IMG/VR virus record: IMGVR_UViG_3300025789_000002
DNA length: 64,000 bases
Reading direction: 5' to 3' (one strand)
From: an uncultured virus (IMG/VR IMGVR_UViG_3300025789_000002)
Lineage: Duplodnaviria; Heunggongvirae; Uroviricota; Caudoviricetes
In this document: positions 10,347-18,756 of the stretch, piece after piece
Layout of the letters: each line of letters starts with the position of its first letter
Numbering within the stretch: the stretch's first letter is position 1
Program-made: the position numbers and the translations under genes
Notes under the pieces: generated by a model
Database searches by the model: none
What the model was told of the DNA's origin: nothing
What the model saw: only the letters and a program-made list of their open reading frames with translations

Positions 10347-10995
10347 GGGTTTTACCTCGTAAAGCTATACCATTAATAGGGCACTTGGCAACACCACCTT
10401 TTTTAAACGTATCGCCAGCGGGGTTCATATTAGACATATTTGGTTGGGTTCTTTTTGTAACTTCATCCATGGCTTTGTTGTATCGAGCAACATTTTTATC
10501 GTTCTCGGGTTTTGCGGCTTTTTCATTTTTGTCTAACTGTTCTCTAACAGAAGCCATTTGAGAATCGGAATATTTCGGAGACCTATCAATGCGTATCGAC
10601 CCTCCACCGTCATACTTTTTCACTTTGCCACCTTTTTTCATAGCCTTGGGGTTATTTAGCATTTTAAGCTCTGCTGCTGCGCCTTCGCCGCTACCGCCGC
10701 CACTACCACCTTTATAGGCTGTACCACGTCCGGCTGCAGTTGTATTACCGCTAGGGGAGATCATAGAAGGTTGTGCCGCAGCTCTTTTAGCTGCTTTCTC
10801 CTTAACTATCTCACGCATTGTCTCGTCTTGTTTTTTAGCTTCTTCACGTTGCTCTACTTTTTTAGCGTATTCTGGGTCTGATGTATAGAAGTCTTTTACT
10901 TTTTGACGTGCTTTTTCAGCGTTATCTTTAAGGTTTACTTCATCAATATCACCAAAGTCAAATCCGCTTTGGTTTGGGTTTGGTGCTTTAGCCAT
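10330..10995 (-). CDS. Basic protein with KKGG motifs
   Basis: Probable start MAKAP overlapping the upstream stop. Confidence 0.65.
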   Translation of the reverse strand: MAKAPNPNQSGFDFGDIDEVNLKDNAEKARQKVKDFYTSDPEYAKKVEQREEAKKQDETMREIVKEKAAKRAAAQPSMISPSGNTTAAGRGTAYKGGSGGGSGEGAAAELKMLNNPKAMKKGGKVKKYDGGGSIRIDRSPKYSDSQMASVREQLDKNEKAAKPENDKNVARYNKAMDEVTKRTQPNMSNMNPAGDTFKKGGVAKCPINGIALRGKTRAKHK

Positions 10996-11243
10996 TATTT
11001 GCTCCAAAAACCTTGAAATAGATTAGCCATAATAGCTCCGATAAGTGCAGCAGCACCGCCAACACCAAGTAACATTCTCCAGCCCCCATGTGCTTCTACA
11101 AGAGTTTTCTGGATAGCTTGAACAGCTTCTTTAATCTGTTTCATTTCTTCAACCATTTTATCCATATCTGCCTGTAAGTGCTGAATATCGTTAGCGTGGG
11201 TTGCTAGCTCTCTAGCGGTTGAAATTGGGTCAATATCGCTCAT
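10995..11243 (-). CDS. Coiled-coil plus C-terminal TM protein (possible holin-like)
   Basis: Heptad N-terminus followed by hydrophobic WRMLLGVGGAAALIGAIMANLF. Confidence 0.5.
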   Translation of the reverse strand: MSDIDPISTARELATHANDIQHLQADMDKMVEEMKQIKEAVQAIQKTLVEAHGGWRMLLGVGGAAALIGAIMANLFQGFWSK

Positions 11244-11503
11244 CAGCATTTCCACCGTTTTAAACTAGCAGCTTTTCGTGTCGGCTTGCCGTTTTCATCT
11301 TTCATTGGGCCAGGCATACCAGACATTCTTGCACAGAACGACTTTTTACGTGATCCACCTTCAGGTTGCGGAGCCTTTAAATGCGACCCCGTTTCCTTAT
11401 TATACTTCGCACGGCCTTTAGCTGTAAGTCCGGCCCCCTGAGAAACCGGAAGTTTCTCGCCTCTACCAACTGCAAGAGAGGGGCCTTTCTTCTTAGTAGC
11501 CAT
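11243..11503 (-). CDS. Conserved small basic phage protein (DUF6321-like)
   Basis: GLTAKGRAKYN..TGS.LK.P...RKKSFCARM...SL.RWKC. Confidence 0.65.
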   Translation of the reverse strand: MATKKKGPSLAVGRGEKLPVSQGAGLTAKGRAKYNKETGSHLKAPQPEGGSRKKSFCARMSGMPGPMKDENGKPTRKAASLKRWKC

Positions 11504-11504
11504 G

Positions 11505-14039
11505 TTATGCCATCGCTTCCTGACAAACTACGTTAACCTGAACTGTCGCACCAGCAGAAGAAGTAACAGCAATCGTCAAAATATCAGATACGTTACCTTT
11601 AATGTTAGTCAATACAGCAAAGAAGTTAGACAAATCAAGCTGTTGCAAACCATTAGGAGGGGTAGAAAACGCATATACAACCTCACCACCTGACACCGCA
11701 ATAGAACTTAAATCTTGCTCAGCAAACGAGTTATAAGAACCTAATGTATTTAAAGCAACAAAGTTTGCATTTTGCAAAGACACTTGGTTAGTAGGTGTAG
11801 AAGCAATTAACTCAACCAAACAAGTAGCAGAAGAGTTCAACAACAACGTATTTGGCAATAATTGACCACGGTCAATCAAACCAATCTGATATAAGTTTCC
11901 AGATGCAGGAGAATTAGGCATTGGATTACCAGTAATGATGTCACCAAAAGTAATTGCACTAGTTGTATTGCTTGTAATGCGAGCTGTATACGGACTTACT
12001 GCACTTGCACTGGACACATAAGAACCCGGAGTTGTAGTACCAAATGTAATAGACGCAGTGGTAGTTGGGTTAGTTGTTGGGATCGTTACAGAGAAGATAC
12101 CATTATAAGCTGTTGGATTAGAACCAGAAATAATAATAACCTCGCCTGTCTTCAAATTATGCGCAGAAGCAAACGTGATAACAGTTGAGTAAACAGTCAA
12201 ACCTGCAACAGTAGAAGTTGTAGGAGCCGCAACAGAACTAATAGCTGGCAAACTAGCTTGGTAGTAAACAGACTTACCCACCCATTGATTTACACCCCAA
12301 TATGTTCCTGTTGGGGGGACTGTAATAGTACCACCATTGGCTAACTGTATTGGTAAAACCATAGTTGTTGTTGTTGGTACGTTTTGGATTAACCAAGTTT
12401 GTGCTGGATAAGTAGTTGTACCTGTTACTGAACCAGATAAAGTGCCTTGTGTAGCACTAGTTTGGTATGTGCCATTACCGCCCGGGGCATACGATGTTAC
12501 TGTTCCAGATACTTGCCCTGTAAATGCTTGGTTAACAGTAATAGTTGCACCATTTACAAAAGTAATAAATGTACCTTGGGCAATACCTGTACCAGCAATT
12601 AATTGTCCGGGGGTAAATGAAGTACCTGCCGCTAGAGTAACAATACTAGAACCTGCTGCACCACCACTTGCATATGCTTGTGAACCAACAGCAGAACCAG
12701 TAGAGGTTAATTGTTTAACAACAGTAGAACCTGCTGTAATACCTGTACCCGACAAAACTTGTCCAGCTTGAAATAATCCTGGTGTTACGTTACCAAGCGT
12801 TATTATTGAACCAGATGAACTGTTTCCTGTAGCAGATACCCCAACAGCAACAAATGAACTTAAAGTAACATATTGAGCTGGGCTATTTGCGTTTGCTGGG
12901 TTAGTTACTGCATATCCATGAGCTGACGAAAATGTTACTAAAGACTGACCACCATTAGATTGTCCAACAATAGAACTAATAGTCGGAGTAGCTGCACTAA
13001 TAGTTAAAGTCTGTGATGTACCACCTGTAGCTGCGGCATTGGTTTGGTCAAATATATCTGCGCCCATAGAACGCATACGGAATGACATAGCTGGATAGCG
13101 AATTGCTGAAGCTGGAACTGAACGATTCTGAGTCTTAGCATTATTACCATAGGAATATGTAAAACCACGTTGCTTATCAATACCACCTTCGATAAGAACA
13201 GATACCCCATAGTGAGTCATTAAAGAAGCACCACTGCTTCCATTATCACGTTGCTCATAGCGAACAGGGAGGTTACCAGTACGGCTCCAAGGTCTAACTT
13301 GCGGAACACCATTGATAGTAGCATTACCTACACCAACTTGATGAAGAACCCAAGGCTCTCCGTTCATTGTTATACCCCAACGAAGTGAACCTGCACCGTA
13401 CCAAGCATACTCCATCCAAATCATTTGGACTTTAGTCCAATCTAAGTTATCACGGATTTGCTTACTACCGTTCCATTGAGAAGCGTCAATAACTGTATCA
13501 GTTGGTAATCCAGAAGCATCAGAACGAATAACAACACTCATTGCATACGGATTAGTAGGCGTTGGAGAGCCGCTTTGCAGAAAGAAAATGCCGTTGGAAT
13601 CATCAAAAATACCAACACGTTGTGTTTGGCCAGTAACAGAAGAGCCAAAGTTTACGTTAGAAGCCATGTACATTGTCTTACCAGGCTGATAACGATGGTA
13701 AGGACGTGACTGACGAATAGTAATATCACCGGGAGTATTACCACCACCGATGTTCATTGAAACGCCACCTAGACCTGGGTTTTGAACAATATAAGCTTGT
13801 CCAGATACGTTTTGGATATACTGCTCCCAACGCAGGGGCTGAACGCCGTACTCAAAGTCAGCGTCATAAATATTTTGCGATTGTGATACTTTTAGCTTAC
13901 CAACAACGTCACGCAAACGTTGAGGAGCGATAAATTCTGCTGCGCCATCAATACCTTGCCAAGCAGTACTTGGGGTTTGAGTCCCCATAGCACCCGTTTG
14001 GTTATTGGGCGAGAAGAAATTGAATAAATTTAAACCCAT
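11505..14039 (-). CDS. Large beta-rich virion protein
   Basis: RDVVGKLKVS, YQPGK, WYGAG motifs; T/S/G-rich insert with TF.SAH repeats. Confidence 0.65.
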   Translation of the reverse strand: MGLNLFNFFSPNNQTGAMGTQTPSTAWQGIDGAAEFIAPQRLRDVVGKLKVSQSQNIYDADFEYGVQPLRWEQYIQNVSGQAYIVQNPGLGGVSMNIGGGNTPGDITIRQSRPYHRYQPGKTMYMASNVNFGSSVTGQTQRVGIFDDSNGIFFLQSGSPTPTNPYAMSVVIRSDASGLPTDTVIDASQWNGSKQIRDNLDWTKVQMIWMEYAWYGAGSLRWGITMNGEPWVLHQVGVGNATINGVPQVRPWSRTGNLPVRYEQRDNGSSGASLMTHYGVSVLIEGGIDKQRGFTYSYGNNAKTQNRSVPASAIRYPAMSFRMRSMGADIFDQTNAAATGGTSQTLTISAATPTISSIVGQSNGGQSLVTFSSAHGYAVTNPANANSPAQYVTLSSFVAVGVSATGNSSSGSIITLGNVTPGLFQAGQVLSGTGITAGSTVVKQLTSTGSAVGSQAYASGGAAGSSIVTLAAGTSFTPGQLIAGTGIAQGTFITFVNGATITVNQAFTGQVSGTVTSYAPGGNGTYQTSATQGTLSGSVTGTTTYPAQTWLIQNVPTTTTMVLPIQLANGGTITVPPTGTYWGVNQWVGKSVYYQASLPAISSVAAPTTSTVAGLTVYSTVITFASAHNLKTGEVIIISGSNPTAYNGIFSVTIPTTNPTTTASITFGTTTPGSYVSSASAVSPYTARITSNTTSAITFGDIITGNPMPNSPASGNLYQIGLIDRGQLLPNTLLLNSSATCLVELIASTPTNQVSLQNANFVALNTLGSYNSFAEQDLSSIAVSGGEVVYAFSTPPNGLQQLDLSNFFAVLTNIKGNVSDILTIAVTSSAGATVQVNVVCQEAMA

Positions 14040-14058
14040 TTTAGCTCCTTAGATTATT

Positions 14059-14083
14059 TAAAAAAGGGGGATATTAACCCCCT
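14059..14083 (-). terminator. Intrinsic terminator
   Basis: AGGGG...CCCCT stem followed by a T run on the minus strand. Confidence 0.6.
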
Positions 14084-14092
14084 ATTGAGTCA

Positions 14093-14794
14093 TTAATCAA
14101 AGTTACCGTATGGATAAGCAGTGCTAGAACCAATATTCAAATCTTGTTGGGCATATTTTAAAGAAACAGCAATTTGACCAGATGTTGGAGTTGTTAAACT
14201 AGTATTAGTAATCTTCAATGTAACAACAACTTGTGAGAACCATGTAGGTTGTGTACCAGGTTGCAAGTTTTGTACGTCTTGTAATGTACCAAAAGAACTA
14301 ACTAATTGTGAACCTACAAAAGTTGCTGTGCCACGAGTAGCTGAAGTAATAGCAGCCATAGTAGCGTATACGCCAGAAGAAGTAGCAAAGTTGTTAGAAA
14401 CATATGGTTGGATTGAGTTAGCAGTAACTGATCCATCGGTTGGAAGTACACCTACGTCAACAATAACGTCGGTAATATTTGAGCCTTGTGGCAATAAGAA
14501 AACAGCACCACGATAGATAGTGCCAGAAGCATCAGCTGTCGGTGAAGAAGCAGCAGTGGGGCCGTTTGTGCTATATGCACCAGCTTGAGGTGTCCAAATT
14601 GTAGCAGCCCTATTTGGAATGCCGTTTGGAGTTACAAATGTACCTGAACCGCCACCGTAGTTAGTAGTGTTAGCTGAAGTTACAGAAAAGTCTAAAAAAG
14701 CTTGTTGCGACAACAAAACTGGGCCAACGTCACGTTGTGGGCCAAAACGATTATCTCCAGCTAAAACTGGGCCTTCAAATGTACTACGTCCCAT
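14093..14794 (-). CDS. Capsid decoration-like protein
   Basis: Start MGRSTFEGPV with AAGGAG RBS; follows the capsid gene. Confidence 0.55.
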   Translation of the reverse strand: MGRSTFEGPVLAGDNRFGPQRDVGPVLLSQQAFLDFSVTSANTTNYGGGSGTFVTPNGIPNRAATIWTPQAGAYSTNGPTAASSPTADASGTIYRGAVFLLPQGSNITDVIVDVGVLPTDGSVTANSIQPYVSNNFATSSGVYATMAAITSATRGTATFVGSQLVSSFGTLQDVQNLQPGTQPTWFSQVVVTLKITNTSLTTPTSGQIAVSLKYAQQDLNIGSSTAYPYGNFD

Positions 14795-14882
14795 AATGGA
14801 CTCCTTATGCAAAAGTTACTATCCCGATCATTGCATTGTCTGCTGGGGCAGTGGTGGAATAGTGGATTACCCAGATGTGTTA

Positions 14883-14911
14883 TTTATACTACTTTTTAAA
14901 ACTGTGTGCAA
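14883..14911 (-). promoter_or_regulatory. Sigma70-type promoter
   Basis: TTGCAC-17bp-TATAAA on the minus strand. Confidence 0.6.
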
Positions 14912-14922
14912 GTATTTAAAGG

Positions 14923-14947
14923 AAAAACCCCGCCTTTTGAGCGGGGT
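14923..14947 (-). terminator. Intrinsic terminator after capsid gene
   Basis: ACCCCGC/GCGGGGT stem plus T run. Confidence 0.75.
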
Positions 14948-14980
14948 CCAAACTTATTTACGTTTGCTTAAAACTACGGA

Positions 14981-15883
14981 TTAATATGAACCGTAGATAC
15001 CGAGTGGGTCAGAGTAACCGAAGCTATAACGCTCACGGCTCTTATAACGCACATTGCCAGTATCAAAGTCACCGTCCATAGAATTCTGGAGAGGTGTACG
15101 TTCGAAATGCTTCAAACCGTTAGGTACATCAGTTGTCAAGAACCATGCATTAGTTGCAGTCAAGAAGTGGTTAATTGTGTAACCTTCTGGAACGGAACCG
15201 TTGTTCTTAATAGCGTTGATGTCGTTGTTGTTTGTACCAACACGGAGTTCTGTGTCGAGCAAACGAGTAGCAACGAATTGCAATGCTGGTGGAACAACCA
15301 ATTTACGTGGTTTTGCAGCGATCAAGAGGCCACGCTCGTCAGTCCAAGCAGCGATCTGAATAACAGCATTTTCAAGTGCAGTTTCATTCAAGTCAGCAGG
15401 AGTAGATGGAGTGTTACCGTTTGTACCGCCGTTTACCAATGGGTGAGCAGTGCTGAACAATGTTTGACCATCACCACCAACAAAGGAGGCATTGAAACCA
15501 TTGTTTAATACAGCAGCAGCTTTAACCTGTTTGGTATAAGCCATAGCACGAGCTAGACCTTTAGTATAGCGAGCAGATAAAGAATCGTAGAGGTTATCTT
15601 CGATTGCTTCTTCAGTCAAGCTAAAGCCAAGGGCGATAGTTTCGTGGTTGTAGCGAGCTGTCCAAGCTTCTTGTGCATTGTCATAAGCAATTGCAGAACC
15701 TTCATTCTTAACCGGAGCGGCTGAGAATCCAGACAGTTTTGTTTCTTCTTCAAAAGAACGCTCAGAAGTCTCTGTTTCGTAGATTTCTTTGTGTTCTTCA
15801 CCATAGCGAGCATACTCTAATCCGAACAATGCATTCAATCCGGGGAGCAACTCTTTCAGTAGTTGTGCGCGTGAAATAGCCAT
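14981..15883 (-). CDS. Major capsid protein
   Basis: MAISRAQLLKELLPGLNALFGLEY...LVVPPAL...RYKSRERYSFG; strong codon bias; downstream terminator. Confidence 0.9.
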   Translation of the reverse strand: MAISRAQLLKELLPGLNALFGLEYARYGEEHKEIYETETSERSFEEETKLSGFSAAPVKNEGSAIAYDNAQEAWTARYNHETIALGFSLTEEAIEDNLYDSLSARYTKGLARAMAYTKQVKAAAVLNNGFNASFVGGDGQTLFSTAHPLVNGGTNGNTPSTPADLNETALENAVIQIAAWTDERGLLIAAKPRKLVVPPALQFVATRLLDTELRVGTNNNDINAIKNNGSVPEGYTINHFLTATNAWFLTTDVPNGLKHFERTPLQNSMDGDFDTGNVRYKSRERYSFGYSDPLGIYGSY

Positions 15884-15898
15884 TTAAAAGCTCCTTAA

Positions 15899-16726
15899 TT
15901 AAACTGCAGTAGCAGAGTAGTAACCGTGATAACCGAAGTTAAATTTCACGAGTACTTCTGGATACTGTGTGAACACCAATGTCGAATTTGCTACAAAAGC
16001 TGCAGTTGGTGCTGCGTTGATGGTAACGGAAGTAGCGCCTGCAGTAGCTGCAGAAGATACATATGAACCGCTTTGGATAAGTTGACCAGCAGAGTCTAAA
16101 GAGCCTACATCTGTACCTAATACGAGTGCTTGTGGGAGGGCGCTTGTAGTCAAAGTAGTAGATGCACCTGATACGAAAGTAGCAGTGCCTAAAGAAACAG
16201 CAGTATCACGAACGATGTCGATAACGCGGAAAGGCAATGTAGCTGTGCTCAATGAAGATGGAACCAAGATTGAGTTAGCAGAGTCACCTGTGTTTGTGTT
16301 ACCAGCAACAGTTGTAATACCACCAACGTTGGAACCGACCATTACTTGAGCTGCAGAACCGATAGTAGAACCAGCGGAACACATAACAGCCTTAATAACG
16401 ATATCTGGGTCATCAGAAATGATTGCAGTAATATCGCCAGCAAGGATGCCGCCAGGATAGTATTGTGACCATAAACGTTGTTTAGTTGTTGGGCTAGTGT
16501 AGTAGCAACCCAAGAACACACCAGTAGTTTGGTTAGCAGTAGTTGCGGATGCAATTGATGCGCGGGTAACAAACCCGTTTACTTCTTTAATCGCGTCGCC
16601 AAAAAAGATTGCGGTAGCATAGTTGTACTGAATCTGCACATTACGTGTAGAACCAGAAAACACTTGACCACCGATCAAGTTAAGCGGCTTGTACCCATAG
16701 GGTGCTGGAACGATAGGATAAGCCAT
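15899..16726 (-). CDS. Head decoration/cement protein
   Basis: APYGYKP..IFFGD..GVFLGC..DDPD pattern immediately upstream of the capsid gene. Confidence 0.6.
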   Translation of the reverse strand: MAYPIVPAPYGYKPLNLIGGQVFSGSTRNVQIQYNYATAIFFGDAIKEVNGFVTRASIASATTANQTTGVFLGCYYTSPTTKQRLWSQYYPGGILAGDITAIISDDPDIVIKAVMCSAGSTIGSAAQVMVGSNVGGITTVAGNTNTGDSANSILVPSSLSTATLPFRVIDIVRDTAVSLGTATFVSGASTTLTTSALPQALVLGTDVGSLDSAGQLIQSGSYVSSAATAGATSVTINAAPTAAFVANSTLVFTQYPEVLVKFNFGYHGYYSATAV

Positions 16727-16745
16727 TTGAAACTCCTAAGTTTAT

Positions 16746-17195
16746 TTAATTACCTTTACCAAAACTAGTCGATGATCTGCTTTCTTTAAAAATAGGCATT
16801 CTCGAATCGCTTTGGCGCATTAAATTATTATCTACAGCTTCTGTCTGAGCTTGGGTTTGCTTAGCATAATATTCCTGCTGCTGAACCAATAACTCTTCTG
16901 GAGTTTTGCAAAGTAATAATCCACCAATCTCAATATTGTCTTTAAAACGACTATCAGGATCAGTTAACAGTTTAAATTTGGGTTGTTCTTCGATTCTTAC
17001 TGGCTCCCAACCTTCTCTTATTTTGGAAGAGACGTTGCGTGGGTCAGCTTTATCTAGCATCGAAACACGAATCCAACGATACGCATACCCAGCCTCTTTG
17101 TCAGGCTCTGGGAGTAATTCTGGGGGAGTCCACTGCTTAGGACGCTCCTGTGTTACACGGGTATCTAATTCACGAGTAATTCTGTTGTTAGCCAT
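16746..17195 (-). CDS. Head assembly-region protein
   Basis: YRWIR...REGWEPV...IGGLLLCK. Confidence 0.65.
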   Translation of the reverse strand: MANNRITRELDTRVTQERPKQWTPPELLPEPDKEAGYAYRWIRVSMLDKADPRNVSSKIREGWEPVRIEEQPKFKLLTDPDSRFKDNIEIGGLLLCKTPEELLVQQQEYYAKQTQAQTEAVDNNLMRQSDSRMPIFKESRSSTSFGKGN

Positions 17196-18145
17196 TATTG
17201 TTTCTCCAATTTCATTTGTTCACGGGCATACTGCTCTGGGGTTAAGCCTAGCTTTTTAGCAATCGCTTGCGCTGAGGTCGATAGTTTTACTTGTTTGGAA
17301 GATGTACTTCGAGTTGCGGGCGCAACAACTACTTTTGGCTTAGCTCTAGTAGGTTTTTGGGCCTCTGATTCGCTCTCTGCCTCGTCCTCTATAGTACTAA
17401 AGTACTCAGGGAACTTTTCCCGCATAGTTTTGTCTATGCGTTTGAAATATTGGTCGGTACCAACAATGTTCTGTCCGTACTCGTCTAACAATTCTTCATG
17501 CACACCAACAGCAAAACTGGACATAGCTTTTTTGGCGCCATACCAAGGATTATTGTCTAACCAAGCTTGAGTTTTAGGCTCAATTTTTGGCTTAGTGTTT
17601 TGCACTGACTCTATTGTTACATCGTTTTCAAATTCTTGTAAAGCACTAGGTCTAAACTGCCGAGCCTGCTGTGTCTTATAAGATGCTTCATTGAGTTGTG
17701 TCTGTGCTTCGACGATTAAGTTAGCATCTCCACTCTCCAATGCGTCTTTGTAAGCACGTTGGGCATTTTGTAGCTCAAGGTTAGCAGAGCTTTGTACAGT
17801 CTCAATATAGGATTTTTCGCCTGTAGAGAGGGTTGCACGGAGCCTTTTGTTCTCATCGAGTGCTTTTTTAGCTAAATTAATAGCTTCTTGCTGCTCTCTA
17901 AGGGCTGCTTCTTTGGCTCTACGCTCATCGTTCCATACCTTTTTATATTGCGCTAGGCGTTCTTTTTGAGCTTTAGGGTCTAATTCTTCTTCTGCTGGGT
18001 CTTCTTTTTCCAGCTTTTCCACAATTTCTTTAGGCATTGGTTGCCGATTGCGGTCTTCTGGGGGTGTATCGTCTTCGATTTCAATTTCAATATCTAACTC
18101 TTCGTTATCAATTTCATCGGGAAACTTAAATTCTTGCTCAGCCAT
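17195..18145 (-). CDS. Scaffold protein
   Basis: Acidic coiled coil; W...NPW; C-terminal AKKLGLTPEQYA. Confidence 0.7.
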   Translation of the reverse strand: MAEQEFKFPDEIDNEELDIEIEIEDDTPPEDRNRQPMPKEIVEKLEKEDPAEEELDPKAQKERLAQYKKVWNDERRAKEAALREQQEAINLAKKALDENKRLRATLSTGEKSYIETVQSSANLELQNAQRAYKDALESGDANLIVEAQTQLNEASYKTQQARQFRPSALQEFENDVTIESVQNTKPKIEPKTQAWLDNNPWYGAKKAMSSFAVGVHEELLDEYGQNIVGTDQYFKRIDKTMREKFPEYFSTIEDEAESESEAQKPTRAKPKVVVAPATRSTSSKQVKLSTSAQAIAKKLGLTPEQYAREQMKLEKQ

Positions 18146-18155
18146 TTGGGGCTCC

Positions 18156-18575
18156 TTAATTTGCACGTTTGATGCCGCGTGGGTCTTGTACTACGGCCTC
18201 TACGGAATCATCATTAATCATACGAAACTCACGGCCATGAATAAGTAGGCGTGTACCAGCATTGGGTCTGACCAATACAAAATCACCTTGTTTACACCAC
18301 GGACCTGAGGGGAAACGCTCTTTATCAGAGTAGCAGTCTGGACCAAGCGATACTACGAATAGAACTGTTGCCAGCTTTTCTTCGAAGCTCATGGTTTGAT
18401 CTGCTTTTAGAATGCCGCTTTCAAATTCCTTTTCCACTTCGGGAATAGCGCACATAATGCGATAACCTGATGGTGTCGGTACTTGTCGGGCTTTTTCATC
18501 GTCTGTTGCTTGAAATTTTACTGAACCTACTATTTCTGGATTATCGGGGTTTGAGCCGATAAGGATTTCAGTCAT
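18156..18575 (-). CDS. groES: GroES-like co-chaperonin
   Basis: P.GYRI...SGIL...V.LGPDCY...WCK.GDFV...GT...FR.INDD.V.AVV Cpn10 pattern. Confidence 0.85.
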   Translation of the reverse strand: MTEILIGSNPDNPEIVGSVKFQATDDEKARQVPTPSGYRIMCAIPEVEKEFESGILKADQTMSFEEKLATVLFVVSLGPDCYSDKERFPSGPWCKQGDFVLVRPNAGTRLLIHGREFRMINDDSVEAVVQDPRGIKRAN

Positions 18576-18756
18576 CTGAGTGCTCCAATTGTTTTGCGAG
18601 GTCTTCAATGATTGCACATGCAGCTTCTAGACCTCGAATCTGTCCACATGTGTACCTATATTCCGCAAAGTCTGTACAGGCGCCACGGGCTAATGCTTTT
18701 TGAAGCATCTCCATACGTTCCTTTAGTTCTTTGAGGTAATACTCGTTTAGATCCAT
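18568..18756 (-). CDS. Small conserved protein downstream of portal
   Basis: EYRY.CGQIRGL. Confidence 0.65.
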   Translation of the reverse strand: MDLNEYYLKELKERMEMLQKALARGACTDFAEYRYTCGQIRGLEAACAIIEDLAKQLEHSDD

